DNA of 64,000 nucleotides from Alphaproteobacteria bacterium (lineage in GTDB: Bacteria; Pseudomonadota; Alphaproteobacteria; Rhodobacterales; Rhodobacteraceae), in the NCBI GenBank assembly GCA_030425925.1, contig JAUHZO010000002.1, positions 262,541-326,540 of the forward strand. The letters run 5' to 3'. Positions 1 to 8,243 of the stretch are shown here, in pieces. The position numbers and the translations under genes are program-made. The notes beneath the pieces are model-generated. The model ran no database searches. It was given only the letters and a program-made list of their open reading frames with translations, and was not told the origin of the DNA. Position 1 is the stretch's first letter. Each line of letters opens with the position of its first letter.

Positions 1-12
1 TCCCATAAGGCT

Positions 13-1923
13 TTACAGCGCCCCGGCGTCGATCAGGCGCTGCCCGGCCTCGGCGTCGTACCACCAGAAGGACAGGTTCCCCAGCGCATAGGGCGGCAGC
101 GGGTCGGGATAGCGGTACATGTCGTAATAGGCGACCGTGTGCACGTTCTTGTACCATTGCGGCACCCAGAAGCCGAGCGTGCGCAGCGCGCGGTCCAGCG
201 CGTGGGTCGCGGTGGTCAGGTCCTCCAGCGTCTCGGCCTCGGTCACGTGGGTGATCAGCCGGTCGATGGCCGGGTTGCGCAGGCGCATCAGGTTGCGCGA
301 GCTGTTGTCGGCGGTTTCCGAGCCGTACCACTGGCGCAGACCAAAGCCCGGCTCGAACCCCATGGAAAAGGTGTGCGTGGTCATGTCGAAATCGCCATCC
401 TCGCGGCGGCGGATGTATTGCGACACGTCCACCCGTTCGAGCTTGGCGTCGATGCCCAGCGATTTCAGGTTTTCCACATAGGGGTTGATGATCCGGTCAA
501 ACGCGGGGCTGAAGGACAGGATCACCAGGTCCAGCGGTTCGCCGTCCCTGGCGAGGATGCCCTGATCGTTCACGGTATACCCCGCCTCGGTCATCAGGCG
601 CAGGGCGTTGCGGCGGGTGCGGCGGTCGGGCAGGTTTTCGGCGGCCTCGTTGGCCGGTGCCATCACCACCTCGTCGGTCAGGATGGAGGCGTCCAGCAGC
701 CCCTCGTCGACCAGCGGCTGCAACAGCGCCAGTTCGGCATCCGAGGGCGTGCCGGTGGCTTCGAGATCGGAGTTTTCCCAGAACGAATTCACCCGCTCGT
801 AGAGGCCAAAGAACAGCGACGTGTTCGACCATTCGAAGTTGAACATCAGCCGGACGGCCTCGCGCACACGTTCGTCCTGCCATTCGGGGCGGTCGAGGTT
901 GAAGATCCACGACTGCGCCGACCCGATGGTGCCGTCGGGCAACTCCTCGCGCCGCACATAACCGTCGCGGATGCCGGGAAAATCATAACCCGTCGCCCAG
1001 TCCTTGGAGCTGTTTTCGTTGCGGAAGGTGTATTCACCCGCCTTGAACGCCTCGAACGCGGCAGAGCTGTCGGCAAAATATTCCACGCGGATTCGGTCGA
1101 AATTGTTCTGGCCCACGTTGAACGGGTGATCGGCGGCCCAGAAATTCTCGTTCCGGCCATAGACGATGCGGCGGCCCACATCGAAGTCCTCGATCAGGTA
1201 GGGGCCGGTGCCCATGAAGGGCTCCAGTGTGCTTTCGTCGATCCGGGCACCGGTTTCCTCGAACCAGGCCTTGGAAAACACGATGGAGGACCCGGCAAAG
1301 GGGATCGTCTCGCGCCGCGGGGCGTCGTCGGTGAAGGTGAACTTGACCTTGTGCGGCCCCAGCACCTCGACCTCGGACACAAAGCCCTTAACCACGTTCA
1401 CGTATTCCGCAAGGCCCTGTTCCATGAACAACTCATGCGTGAACTTGATGTCTTCGGCGGTCATCGCCGTGCCGTCCCAGAAGGTCACGTCCTCGCGCAG
1501 GTTGAAGATCACCCAGTCGCGGCTTTGCGGGTATTCGATGGTGGTGCAGATGTAGCAGTAGGTGCCGTAGGCGTCGTCGGCCGTGCTGACCATCAGCCGT
1601 TCATGCATCAGTTCCGTCAGCGCCGCCGAGACGCCCTTGCGCGAATAACGGTTGAAGCTGTCGAACGCGCCCGAGGCCCACTGGCTGATCTCGCCGCCCT
1701 TGGGGGCGTCGGGGTTCACGTAATCCAGATGCGGGAGGTCGGGGCCGTATTTCAGCTCGCCGAAATTGCTGTACCCGTGCGAGACGATCACGTCGTCCTG
1801 GGCCAGCGCCAGCGTGGCGCCAAAGGCCAGGGCCAGGGTGCCAAGGGCCACCGCCCAGGGGGCGGGTGCCAGGGTCTGGTGCTGCGCCTTGGCGCGGGCG
1901 GTAATGGCGGGACGGTTCAACAT
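13..1923 (-). CDS. ABC transporter substrate-binding protein, family 5 (peptide/oligopeptide/opine type), periplasmic
   Basis: About 636-aa ORF with an N-terminal signal peptide (MLNRPAITARAKA...ALA). Length and composition are typical of SBP_bac_5 proteins (YejA/DppA-like). I placed the start at the Met that gives a signal peptide, not the upstream Met of the ORF track. Confidence 0.8.
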   Translation of the reverse strand: MLNRPAITARAKAQHQTLAPAPWAVALGTLALAFGATLALAQDDVIVSHGYSNFGELKYGPDLPHLDYVNPDAPKGGEISQWASGAFDSFNRYSRKGVSAALTELMHERLMVSTADDAYGTYCYICTTIEYPQSRDWVIFNLREDVTFWDGTAMTAEDIKFTHELFMEQGLAEYVNVVKGFVSEVEVLGPHKVKFTFTDDAPRRETIPFAGSSIVFSKAWFEETGARIDESTLEPFMGTGPYLIEDFDVGRRIVYGRNENFWAADHPFNVGQNNFDRIRVEYFADSSAAFEAFKAGEYTFRNENSSKDWATGYDFPGIRDGYVRREELPDGTIGSAQSWIFNLDRPEWQDERVREAVRLMFNFEWSNTSLFFGLYERVNSFWENSDLEATGTPSDAELALLQPLVDEGLLDASILTDEVVMAPANEAAENLPDRRTRRNALRLMTEAGYTVNDQGILARDGEPLDLVILSFSPAFDRIINPYVENLKSLGIDAKLERVDVSQYIRRREDGDFDMTTHTFSMGFEPGFGLRQWYGSETADNSSRNLMRLRNPAIDRLITHVTEAETLEDLTTATHALDRALRTLGFWVPQWYKNVHTVAYYDMYRYPDPLPPYALGNLSFWWYDAEAGQRLIDAGAL

Positions 1924-2285
1924 GCTCTTCCCTCTCTTGCGGCAGTCCTCTGCGCGTTGAGATAAGTTAGGAGCGACGCCCTGCCACATTCAAGTTGAGA
2001 TTACGTGAGTCGCCGGTGATCGCGGTCGCCAAGGCGCTTTGGGCCTGTCCGGCGTGCGCCGGGGCAGGAAAGGGTTAACAAATCCACGCCAATCTGCCCC
2101 GCGGTACCACTGAAAACCGGATCATGACCCCTGTCGGGGGCCCGTGATGCGCGCATGACGCGGGGCGACGCCCCGACAGGGCCGGGGGATGGCATCCCCG
2201 GGCTGCGATCCGATCCAGCGGGGCCACGCGCCCCGGGCGGCCGCCGTTTTCAGACCTGCCCGCAGCAGGCCATGACCACAGACGT

Positions 2286-2311
2286 AAAAGGCCGCCCGGC
2301 AGCGGGCGGCC
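2286..2311 (-). terminator. Rho-independent terminator downstream of the cytochrome c gene
   Basis: On the minus-strand transcript, GGCCGCCCG-GCAG-CGGGCGGCC hairpin followed by UUUUAC, located 30 nt after the stop codon. Confidence 0.5.
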
Positions 2312-2339
2312 CCTTCGGCATGGCGTGGCAAAGGCGCGA

Positions 2340-2855
2340 TCAGCCGCCGATCGTCTGCAGATAGGCGATCAGGTCGGCGCGGTCTTCGGGCTTTTTCAGA
2401 CCTGCAAAGCTCATCGAGGTGCCCGCGGCAAAGCCCTTGGGATTTTCCAGGAAGGCGTTGAGGTTCTCCGGCGTCCAGACATCGGCGGCGGCCGAAAGGT
2501 TGCCGGAATAATTGAACCCGTCCACGGTGCCTACAGCGCGGTCGACCACACCGTAAAGATGCGGGCCGGTGGCGTTTGCGCCGTCTTCCAGCTTGTGGCA
2601 GGCGCGGCACTTGCCGAACACCTTCTCGCCCGCGCCGGCATCGGCGGCGGCGAACAGATCGGCAAAGCTGACCTCGACCACGTCTTCCTGTGCTTCACCT
2701 TCGCCGGTTTCGATCACATAGGCTGCGTGATGATCGTCGCCGTGGCCGTGTCCGCCGACATGGTAAAGGCTTTCCCCCGCCCATTTGCCCAGCAGGAAGA
2801 TCAGCAGCGTCCCGCAGACGCCGCCCAGAACCTTGGTGAAAGTCATCGTGTCCAT
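2340..2855 (-). CDS. Membrane-anchored c-type cytochrome (cytochrome c2/c552 family)
   Basis: CXXCH haem-binding motif (CRACH), an N-terminal hydrophobic anchor and a Gly/His-rich linker. Size and layout are typical of CycM-like cytochromes. Confidence 0.8.
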   Translation of the reverse strand: MDTMTFTKVLGGVCGTLLIFLLGKWAGESLYHVGGHGHGDDHHAAYVIETGEGEAQEDVVEVSFADLFAAADAGAGEKVFGKCRACHKLEDGANATGPHLYGVVDRAVGTVDGFNYSGNLSAAADVWTPENLNAFLENPKGFAAGTSMSFAGLKKPEDRADLIAYLQTIGG

Positions 2856-2990
2856 GATAGGGGGCCCTGTTCGTCAGAATTGGCGTGTTCGCGCAGCTAG
2901 CTATTGCTTTCCCTCCGCCATGGCAAGCGCTAGAAGGCGCGACCAAACGCCCGGGCCACCGGGCGTGACCACGCCGCGACGGAGGGGCAC

Positions 2991-3824
2991 ATGACCGGAC
3001 GTATCGCCTTTCAGGGGGAACTGGGGGCCTATTCGCACGAAGCCTGCCGCGACGCGCGCCCCGACATGGAGGCGCTGCCCTGCCGCACCTTCGAGGACGT
3101 GATCGCCGCCGTGCGCGACGGACGCGCCGATCTGGCCATGCTGCCGGTGGAAAACACCACCTATGGCCGGGTTGCCGACATCCACCGCCTGCTGCCCGAA
3201 AGCGGTCTGCGGATCGTGGACGAGGCCTTTGTGCGCGTGCATATCAGCCTCATGGCCCTGCCCGGCGTGACGCTGGAAGAGCTTGAGGTGGTGCGCGCGC
3301 ATCTGGTGCTTCTGCCGCAGGCGGCCAGCTTTCTGCAAAGCTATGGCATCCGCGGCGAGGCGGCGGCGGACAGCGCAGGGGCGGCGGCCGAGATCGCCCA
3401 GACCAGGGATCGTCGGACCGGCGCGCTGGCGTCGGACCTGGCGGCCGAGATCAACGGCCTGCACATCCTGGCCCGTCATATCGAGGACCACGCCCACAAC
3501 ACCACGCGCTTTCTGATCATGGGCCGCGCCCCCGATCTGTCGCGCCGCGGCAGCGCGGGCATGATGACCACCTTTGTCTTCCAGGTGCGCAACATCCCCG
3601 CGGCGCTTTACAAGGCCATGGGCGGCTTTGCCACCAATGGCGTGAACATGACCAAGCTGGAAAGCTACATGGTGGGCGGGTCGTTCACCGCGACGCAGTT
3701 CTATGCCGATATCGAGGGCCATCCCGAGGACCCGCCGGTCAGGCGGGCCCTGGAAGAGCTGGATTACTTCACCGACATGCTGGAGATCCTGGGCGTCTAC
3801 CCGCGCGATCCCCGCCGCGGCTGA
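2991..3824 (+). CDS. pheA: Prephenate dehydratase
   Basis: PDT catalytic domain plus a C-terminal ACT domain. Strong RBS (GGAGGGG) upstream of the ATG. Confidence 0.85.
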   Translation: MTGRIAFQGELGAYSHEACRDARPDMEALPCRTFEDVIAAVRDGRADLAMLPVENTTYGRVADIHRLLPESGLRIVDEAFVRVHISLMALPGVTLEELEVVRAHLVLLPQAASFLQSYGIRGEAAADSAGAAAEIAQTRDRRTGALASDLAAEINGLHILARHIEDHAHNTTRFLIMGRAPDLSRRGSAGMMTTFVFQVRNIPAALYKAMGGFATNGVNMTKLESYMVGGSFTATQFYADIEGHPEDPPVRRALEELDYFTDMLEILGVYPRDPRRG

Positions 3825-3830
3825 AACCGC

Positions 3831-4775
3831 TCAGCGCCGCACCACCACCTCGGCACCGCGGGCGGGCGGCTGGTCGTCCACCAGTTCCTGCGGGAAGCCG
3901 TCGGCCAGGATCTTCAGCCCCGTCGCCTCTTCCAGCCGTTCGATCATCCGGTCGGACTGCGCCCGGTCGCCATAGCGCGCCTGACCGTCCTTCATCAGCG
4001 CGATGATCTGCGGGCTGATCTCAAGCGGTACGCCATGCGCGTCGGCCAGCGCCTGGAACAGGCCGATGTCCTTGAGCACCAGGTCCATGGTGAAATCCAC
4101 ATCGCGCGAGCCCGACAGGATCAGCTGGCTTTCGGTCTCGTGCACGAAGGAGGTGCCCGAGGAGATCCGGATCGCCTCGTAGGTGGTCGCCAGGTCCAGC
4201 CCCGCCGCCGCCATCGTCGTCAGCGCCTCGCAGATCGTCAGCAGGTTGGCGGTGGCCAGGTAGTTGGTCATCACCTTCAGCTTCGACGCCGTGCCCACCG
4301 CACCGGTGTGCAGCACCTGGCGGCCAAGGATGGTCAGCAGCGGCAGCACTGTCTCGAACGCCGCCCGGTCGCCGCCGGCAAAGACCGAGATATTGCCCGT
4401 CGCCGCGCGGTGGCAGCCGCCCGAAACCGGGGCCTCCACCAGCACCGCGCCGGTCTGCGCCACCCGCGCCGCCTGATCGACGATCATGTCGGGATCGGTG
4501 GTGGACATCTCGATCCAGATCTTGCCCGGCCCCATGGCGGGCAGCATCTCGGTCAGCACCGCCTCGGAGGCGGCGGGGCTGGGCAGCGAGGTGATCACCA
4601 CAGCGCAATCGCGCATGATGGCCGCGGCAGAGCCCCCGGCGGTGGCCCCGTCGGCGACAAAGCGCGCCACGCGATCTGCATCCAGATCGTGCACGTTCAG
4701 CGCCTCGCCGTTGCGCATCAGATTGCCGGCCAGCTTTGCGCCCACTGCACCCAGCCCGATGAAACCCGTGGTCAT
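3831..4775 (-). CDS. NAD(P)-dependent oxidoreductase, 3-hydroxyisobutyrate dehydrogenase / 2-hydroxy-3-oxopropionate reductase family
   Basis: N-terminal GxGxxG motif (IGLGAVGAKLA) and the family-typical core. The real start is the MTTGFIGLG Met; the 783-aa ORF in the track is an artefactual upstream extension in GC-rich DNA. Confidence 0.8.
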   Translation of the reverse strand: MTTGFIGLGAVGAKLAGNLMRNGEALNVHDLDADRVARFVADGATAGGSAAAIMRDCAVVITSLPSPAASEAVLTEMLPAMGPGKIWIEMSTTDPDMIVDQAARVAQTGAVLVEAPVSGGCHRAATGNISVFAGGDRAAFETVLPLLTILGRQVLHTGAVGTASKLKVMTNYLATANLLTICEALTTMAAAGLDLATTYEAIRISSGTSFVHETESQLILSGSRDVDFTMDLVLKDIGLFQALADAHGVPLEISPQIIALMKDGQARYGDRAQSDRMIERLEEATGLKILADGFPQELVDDQPPARGAEVVVRR

Positions 4776-4889
4776 GTCAGTCTCCCTGTCCCGTTTCGCG
4801 CGCCACGCTAGGGGCCGCCCCTGCGCTGTCCCTTCCGTTTGCGACATCCCCCGTTGCACAGCGTCAGTCACGGGCCTAGCCTCGCGCGC

Positions 4890-6059
4890 ATGACATGGCC
4901 CGCCAACAGCCCGCGGCGGCCTGGCGATGCCGAGGCCGGGATCGAGGTGACCGACGCGTTCGAGCGGTTCTCGCAGCGCGACGACGTGTTCACCCGCGCG
5001 TTCTGGGATGACAGCGTCCGCAGCGCCCGGAGCGATGCGTTCTTTGCCTCCTACCGGATGGAGGCCGCGCCGCGGCGCGGCGACGGCTTTACACGGCGCG
5101 ATTTCGCCCTGCGCAACGCCGCCTGGCTGATTTCCGACATCATGACCGACCGCTTTGCCGCGCAGGGTCGGCGCGAAGGCTTTCAGGCCCCGCTCTCTGC
5201 CGACACGCCGGTGGCGGCCGAGCGGCAGGAGGTGGACGACCCCGCCGCAATGACCGCCGAGATCAGGCAGGTGGCGCGGCTGTTCGGGGCCTCGCTTTGC
5301 GGCGTCACCGATTTCGATACCCGCTGGGTCTATGCCGCCCGCGTCGACACCCGCGACATGTCCGAGGCCCCGCACGACCTGCCCGAGGGGCTGACCGGCG
5401 TGATCGTGCTGGGCCACGAGATGCCCGCGGACCTGGTCGATACCTACCCCTCGGCATTGGCCGGGGCGGCGACGGGGCTGGCCTACAGCCACGAGGCCGC
5501 GATTTCCATGCAGCTGGCCGCCTATATCCGCAACCTGGGATACGAGGCGGTGGCCTCGATGAACGATACCGGCCTTGTCATCCCCTATGCGCTGAAGGCG
5601 GGGCTGGGGGAATATGCCCGCAACCAGCTGGTGATCACCCCCGAATACGGCCCGCGCCTGCGCTTTTCCAAGGTCTTCACCAACCTGCCGCTTGCCTTTG
5701 ATACGCCGCGCAAGCTGGGGGTTGCGGCGTTTTGCGACATCTGCACCGCCTGCGCCGATGCCTGCCCCGTCAAGGCGCTGCCCTATGGTCCGCCCTCGAC
5801 CGACCGGCCCAACCGCTCGGCCATCAGGGGGGTGCGGAAATGGACGTCGGATGCCGAGAAATGCTTTGGCTTCTGGGCCAGGCTTGCGTCGGATTGCGCG
5901 ATCTGCCTGCGGGTCTGCCCGTTCAACCGCGACTTCTCGCGCCTCAGGCACCGGCTCTGGCTGCGGCTGGCGCTGTCGCCGCTGCGCCGCGTGGCGCTGT
6001 GGCTGGCGCGCGGGCATGGCCGGCGGGTGCGGCCGTCCGCGTGGTGGCCGCGTGGCTGA
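4890..6059 (+). CDS. Reductive dehalogenase (RdhA)-superfamily protein, cobalamin plus two [4Fe-4S] type; cytoplasmic, no Tat signal
   Basis: RdhA hallmark LVITPEYGPRLR motif and a GLGEYARN motif. Two ferredoxin-type cluster motifs (CDICTACADACP and CAICLRVCP). No twin-arginine signal, so this looks like the catabolic/soluble type. Start codon uncertain (ATG 4890 or TTG 4839). Confidence 0.65.
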   Translation: MTWPANSPRRPGDAEAGIEVTDAFERFSQRDDVFTRAFWDDSVRSARSDAFFASYRMEAAPRRGDGFTRRDFALRNAAWLISDIMTDRFAAQGRREGFQAPLSADTPVAAERQEVDDPAAMTAEIRQVARLFGASLCGVTDFDTRWVYAARVDTRDMSEAPHDLPEGLTGVIVLGHEMPADLVDTYPSALAGAATGLAYSHEAAISMQLAAYIRNLGYEAVASMNDTGLVIPYALKAGLGEYARNQLVITPEYGPRLRFSKVFTNLPLAFDTPRKLGVAAFCDICTACADACPVKALPYGPPSTDRPNRSAIRGVRKWTSDAEKCFGFWARLASDCAICLRVCPFNRDFSRLRHRLWLRLALSPLRRVALWLARGHGRRVRPSAWWPRG

Positions 6060-6510
6060 GTGCTGCGTGCCCGGGCCGCTGGGCCTGCTGACGCTGACCG
6101 AAACCGGCGGCGCGCTGAGCGCGCTGCGCTGGGGCGGGGAGGCGCCGGGCGGCGCCGACACGCCGCTGCTGCGCCGCGCCACGGCGCAGCTGAAGGCCTA
6201 TTTCGCCGGGCAGTCCCGCGCCTTCGACCTGCCGCTGCGGATCGACGGCAGTGCGACGCAGCAGGCGGTCTGCGCCGCCATCGCCGCCATCCCCTTTGGC
6301 GAGACGCGGACCTATGGCGATCTGGCGCGCGCGCTGGGCCTGTCGCCGCAGGCGGTGGGGCAGGGCTGTGGCGGCAACCCGTTGCCCATCGTGATCCCCT
6401 GCCACCGGGTGCTGGGCCGCAACGGGCTGGGCGGCTTTTCCGGCGGCACCGGCATCGAGACCAAGGTCTGGCTCTTGCGCCACGAGGGGGCGGCGGGGCT
6501 GCTGATCTGA
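6052..6510 (+). CDS. ogt: Methylated-DNA--protein-cysteine methyltransferase
   Basis: Active-site PCHRV motif and an HTH-like DNA-binding C-terminal domain. Probable GTG start (6052 or 6067), overlapping or abutting the upstream stop codon. Confidence 0.65.
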   Translation: MAECCVPGPLGLLTLTETGGALSALRWGGEAPGGADTPLLRRATAQLKAYFAGQSRAFDLPLRIDGSATQQAVCAAIAAIPFGETRTYGDLARALGLSPQAVGQGCGGNPLPIVIPCHRVLGRNGLGGFSGGTGIETKVWLLRHEGAAGLLI

Positions 6511-6583
6511 GCCCCGTTCCGCTTTGCCCCGCGATGCGCTAAGGCCGGGTCTGACCGGTCACCCCCCGAAAGGACCCGCTGCC

Positions 6584-7063
6584 ATGCCCGATACGGAACT
6601 TGCCCGCATCAGCGCCTCGCCGCCGCGCCGCGCGCTGGGCTTTGCCATGCTGCTGAGCCTGGGTGCGCTGCTGATCTATCTGGCGCTGTCCGCCCCGCCA
6701 CAGCCGCTCTGGCAGGTTTTCATGATCGGGCTGGGCGGGCTCAGCCTGTGGACGGCGCGCCTGCTCTGGCGCGCCACCGAGGCCGAGCTGATCCTGACCG
6801 ACACGGCGCTGACCGAATCCGGCGGCGAGGTGATCGCGCGGATCGACGACATCGTGCGGATCGAACGCGGGATGCTGGCGGCCAAGCCGTCGAACGGCTT
6901 TGCGCTGGTGCTGAAGACCCGCGCGCCGCGCGCCTGGCGGCCGGGGCTGTGGTGGCGGCTGGGGCGCAAGGTGGCGGTGGGCGGCGTGACGGCCGGATCG
7001 CAGACCCGCCCGGTGGCCGACATCATCGCGATGAAGATCGCCGAGCGCCGCGAACAGCCCTGA
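6584..7063 (+). CDS. Hypothetical membrane protein (two predicted TM helices plus soluble domain)
   Basis: ORF with an RBS (AAAGGA) before the second Met. Hydrophobic segments LGFAMLLSLGALLIYLAL and VFMIGLGGLSLW. Confidence 0.5.
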   Translation: MPDTELARISASPPRRALGFAMLLSLGALLIYLALSAPPQPLWQVFMIGLGGLSLWTARLLWRATEAELILTDTALTESGGEVIARIDDIVRIERGMLAAKPSNGFALVLKTRAPRAWRPGLWWRLGRKVAVGGVTAGSQTRPVADIIAMKIAERREQP

Positions 7064-7135
7064 CCCCGGGCCTGTCACGGCAAACGGCCGCCCGGGCAGG
7101 GGCGGCCGTCCTGTCGCGTCAGGGGCAAGGCCGGC

Positions 7136-7699
7136 TCAGACGGCGCCTGCGTCGAACACCAGCTGCGGCGCATAGCGCGGTCGGGTGAAGCTGTAGGTCT
7201 TGATCTCGAACGGATCCAGCCCGACGTCGAATGTGGGTTGGTACAGCTCCCACGTCTCGACGATGATCAGCTGGTCCTGCGCATTGGCTTCCGGCAGACG
7301 GGCGGCGTAATCCGCCATGTCCGAGGCGCGCAGCACCGGCTGGTTGCCGCGCTTTTCCGACCAGACGACCTCCCACGCGGCGGTGTCGACATTGTACTCC
7401 ACCACGGTCACGCGCAGATCGCTGTCGCTGCCCTTTGTCCGGGTCAGCTTGCGCAGCAGCCTGCGGGTGTTGGTGATGTACTGGTCGTCCACGGCATCGG
7501 TTTCGCGCGACAGCATGTCGCCGATGGTGTAGTTGGCCTTCTGGTTCACGCTTTGCTGGCGGAACACGTCGAAATAGACCCAGCCGATGGCGAACAGCCA
7601 GAGCAGGGCGGGCATCACGATGATCGCTTCCAGCGTGATATAGCCCTTGGTCTCGGCGCGGAAGCGGCGCAGGGTGGTGTTGACGGGTACAAACATCAT
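7136..7699 (-). CDS. TadE/TadF-like Flp-pilus minor pseudopilin
   Basis: N-terminal TadE-like motif (basic residues followed by the hydrophobic helix TLEAIIVMPALLWLFAIGWVYF). GAGGA RBS. Stop and start codons overlap with the upstream gene. Confidence 0.7.
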   Translation of the reverse strand: MMFVPVNTTLRRFRAETKGYITLEAIIVMPALLWLFAIGWVYFDVFRQQSVNQKANYTIGDMLSRETDAVDDQYITNTRRLLRKLTRTKGSDSDLRVTVVEYNVDTAAWEVVWSEKRGNQPVLRASDMADYAARLPEANAQDQLIIVETWELYQPTFDVGLDPFEIKTYSFTRPRYAPQLVFDAGAV

Positions 7700-7706
7700 C
7701 CGATCC

Positions 7707-8243
7707 TCAGCTGGGTTCGGTCACGAAGGCCGAGGTGGAGATCAGCGCGGTATAGCCTGCATCGTCTTTCTGCAGGCTCGAGCTGAGCGTCCCGGCCGGG
7801 GTGATCGGGCGGTACTTGAAACAGGCGCGCAGGAACATCGTCTGGTTTTCCGTGGCATGTTCAAAGGTGCGGTTGGGCGTGACCTCTTCCGAGGTGTCGA
7901 CGCAATCGGCTCGGTTCTGCGGACCCGACCAGTTGCGCATGTCCAGCCGGATCATTTCGAGATGCAGCATCTCGGTGCACGACGGCAGCACGGCGGCGGC
8001 CTGGCAGATCCGCTCTTTCAGTGCGGCGTGGCTGTTCAGATCGCCCTGGCCGATGCGGATTTCCCGCACCGTCTGGTCCAGCGCGCGTTCCAGCGCGGTG
8101 TGGCGGATCGTGACGGTGCCCATCTCGATGGCCGACAGGATCAGGCCAAGAAACACCGGGGTCCAGAGCGCGAAGGGAACGACAGCCGAACCGGTTTCGT
8201 CCTTCGCGAAGGATTTTAGGAACTTTTTAACTGTACGGGTCAT
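7707..8243 (-). CDS. TadE-like Flp-pilus assembly protein
   Basis: N-terminal segment ETGSAVVPFALWTPVFLGLILSAIEMG is a typical TadE domain. Start overlaps the upstream stop as ATGA. Confidence 0.7.
   Translation of the reverse strand: MTRTVKKFLKSFAKDETGSAVVPFALWTPVFLGLILSAIEMGTVTIRHTALERALDQTVREIRIGQGDLNSHAALKERICQAAAVLPSCTEMLHLEMIRLDMRNWSGPQNRADCVDTSEEVTPNRTFEHATENQTMFLRACFKYRPITPAGTLSSSLQKDDAGYTALISTSAFVTEPS

Noticed and set aside
139-1965. Long antisense or alternate-frame ORFs throughout the window (for example 139-1965+, 8243-9772+, 10584-12695+, 15424-18744+, 19129-20784+, 22956-24698+, 26740-28047-, 28086-31436-, 49590-52226-, 52203-53915+).
   Set aside because: They are typical stop-codon-poor shadow ORFs of 65% GC DNA. 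They have Arg/Gly/Pro/Ala-rich low-complexity translations, no domains, and complete overlap with strongly supported genes on the other strand or frame.
4890-6059. Epoxyqueuosine reductase QueG as the identity of the two-[4Fe-4S] cobalamin protein, based on similar length and the CPFNRDF versus CPWNRYS motif.
   Set aside because: The protein has the RdhA-specific ITPEYGPR block and GLGEYARN. It lacks the QueG motifs (GWTGKHS and the DUF1730 N-terminus). It is therefore retained as RdhA-like.
3831-6182. 783-aa minus-strand ORF extending the NAD-dependent dehydrogenase far upstream.
   Set aside because: The upstream 470 codons are low-complexity Arg/Pro/Gly-rich sequence with no domain. They overlap the well-supported RdhA-like gene on the other strand. 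The Rossmann motif defines the true start at 4775.
6060-6542. 160-aa ORF overlapping ogt in another frame.
   Set aside because: Arg/Ala-rich shadow ORF. The ogt frame carries the PCHRV active site.
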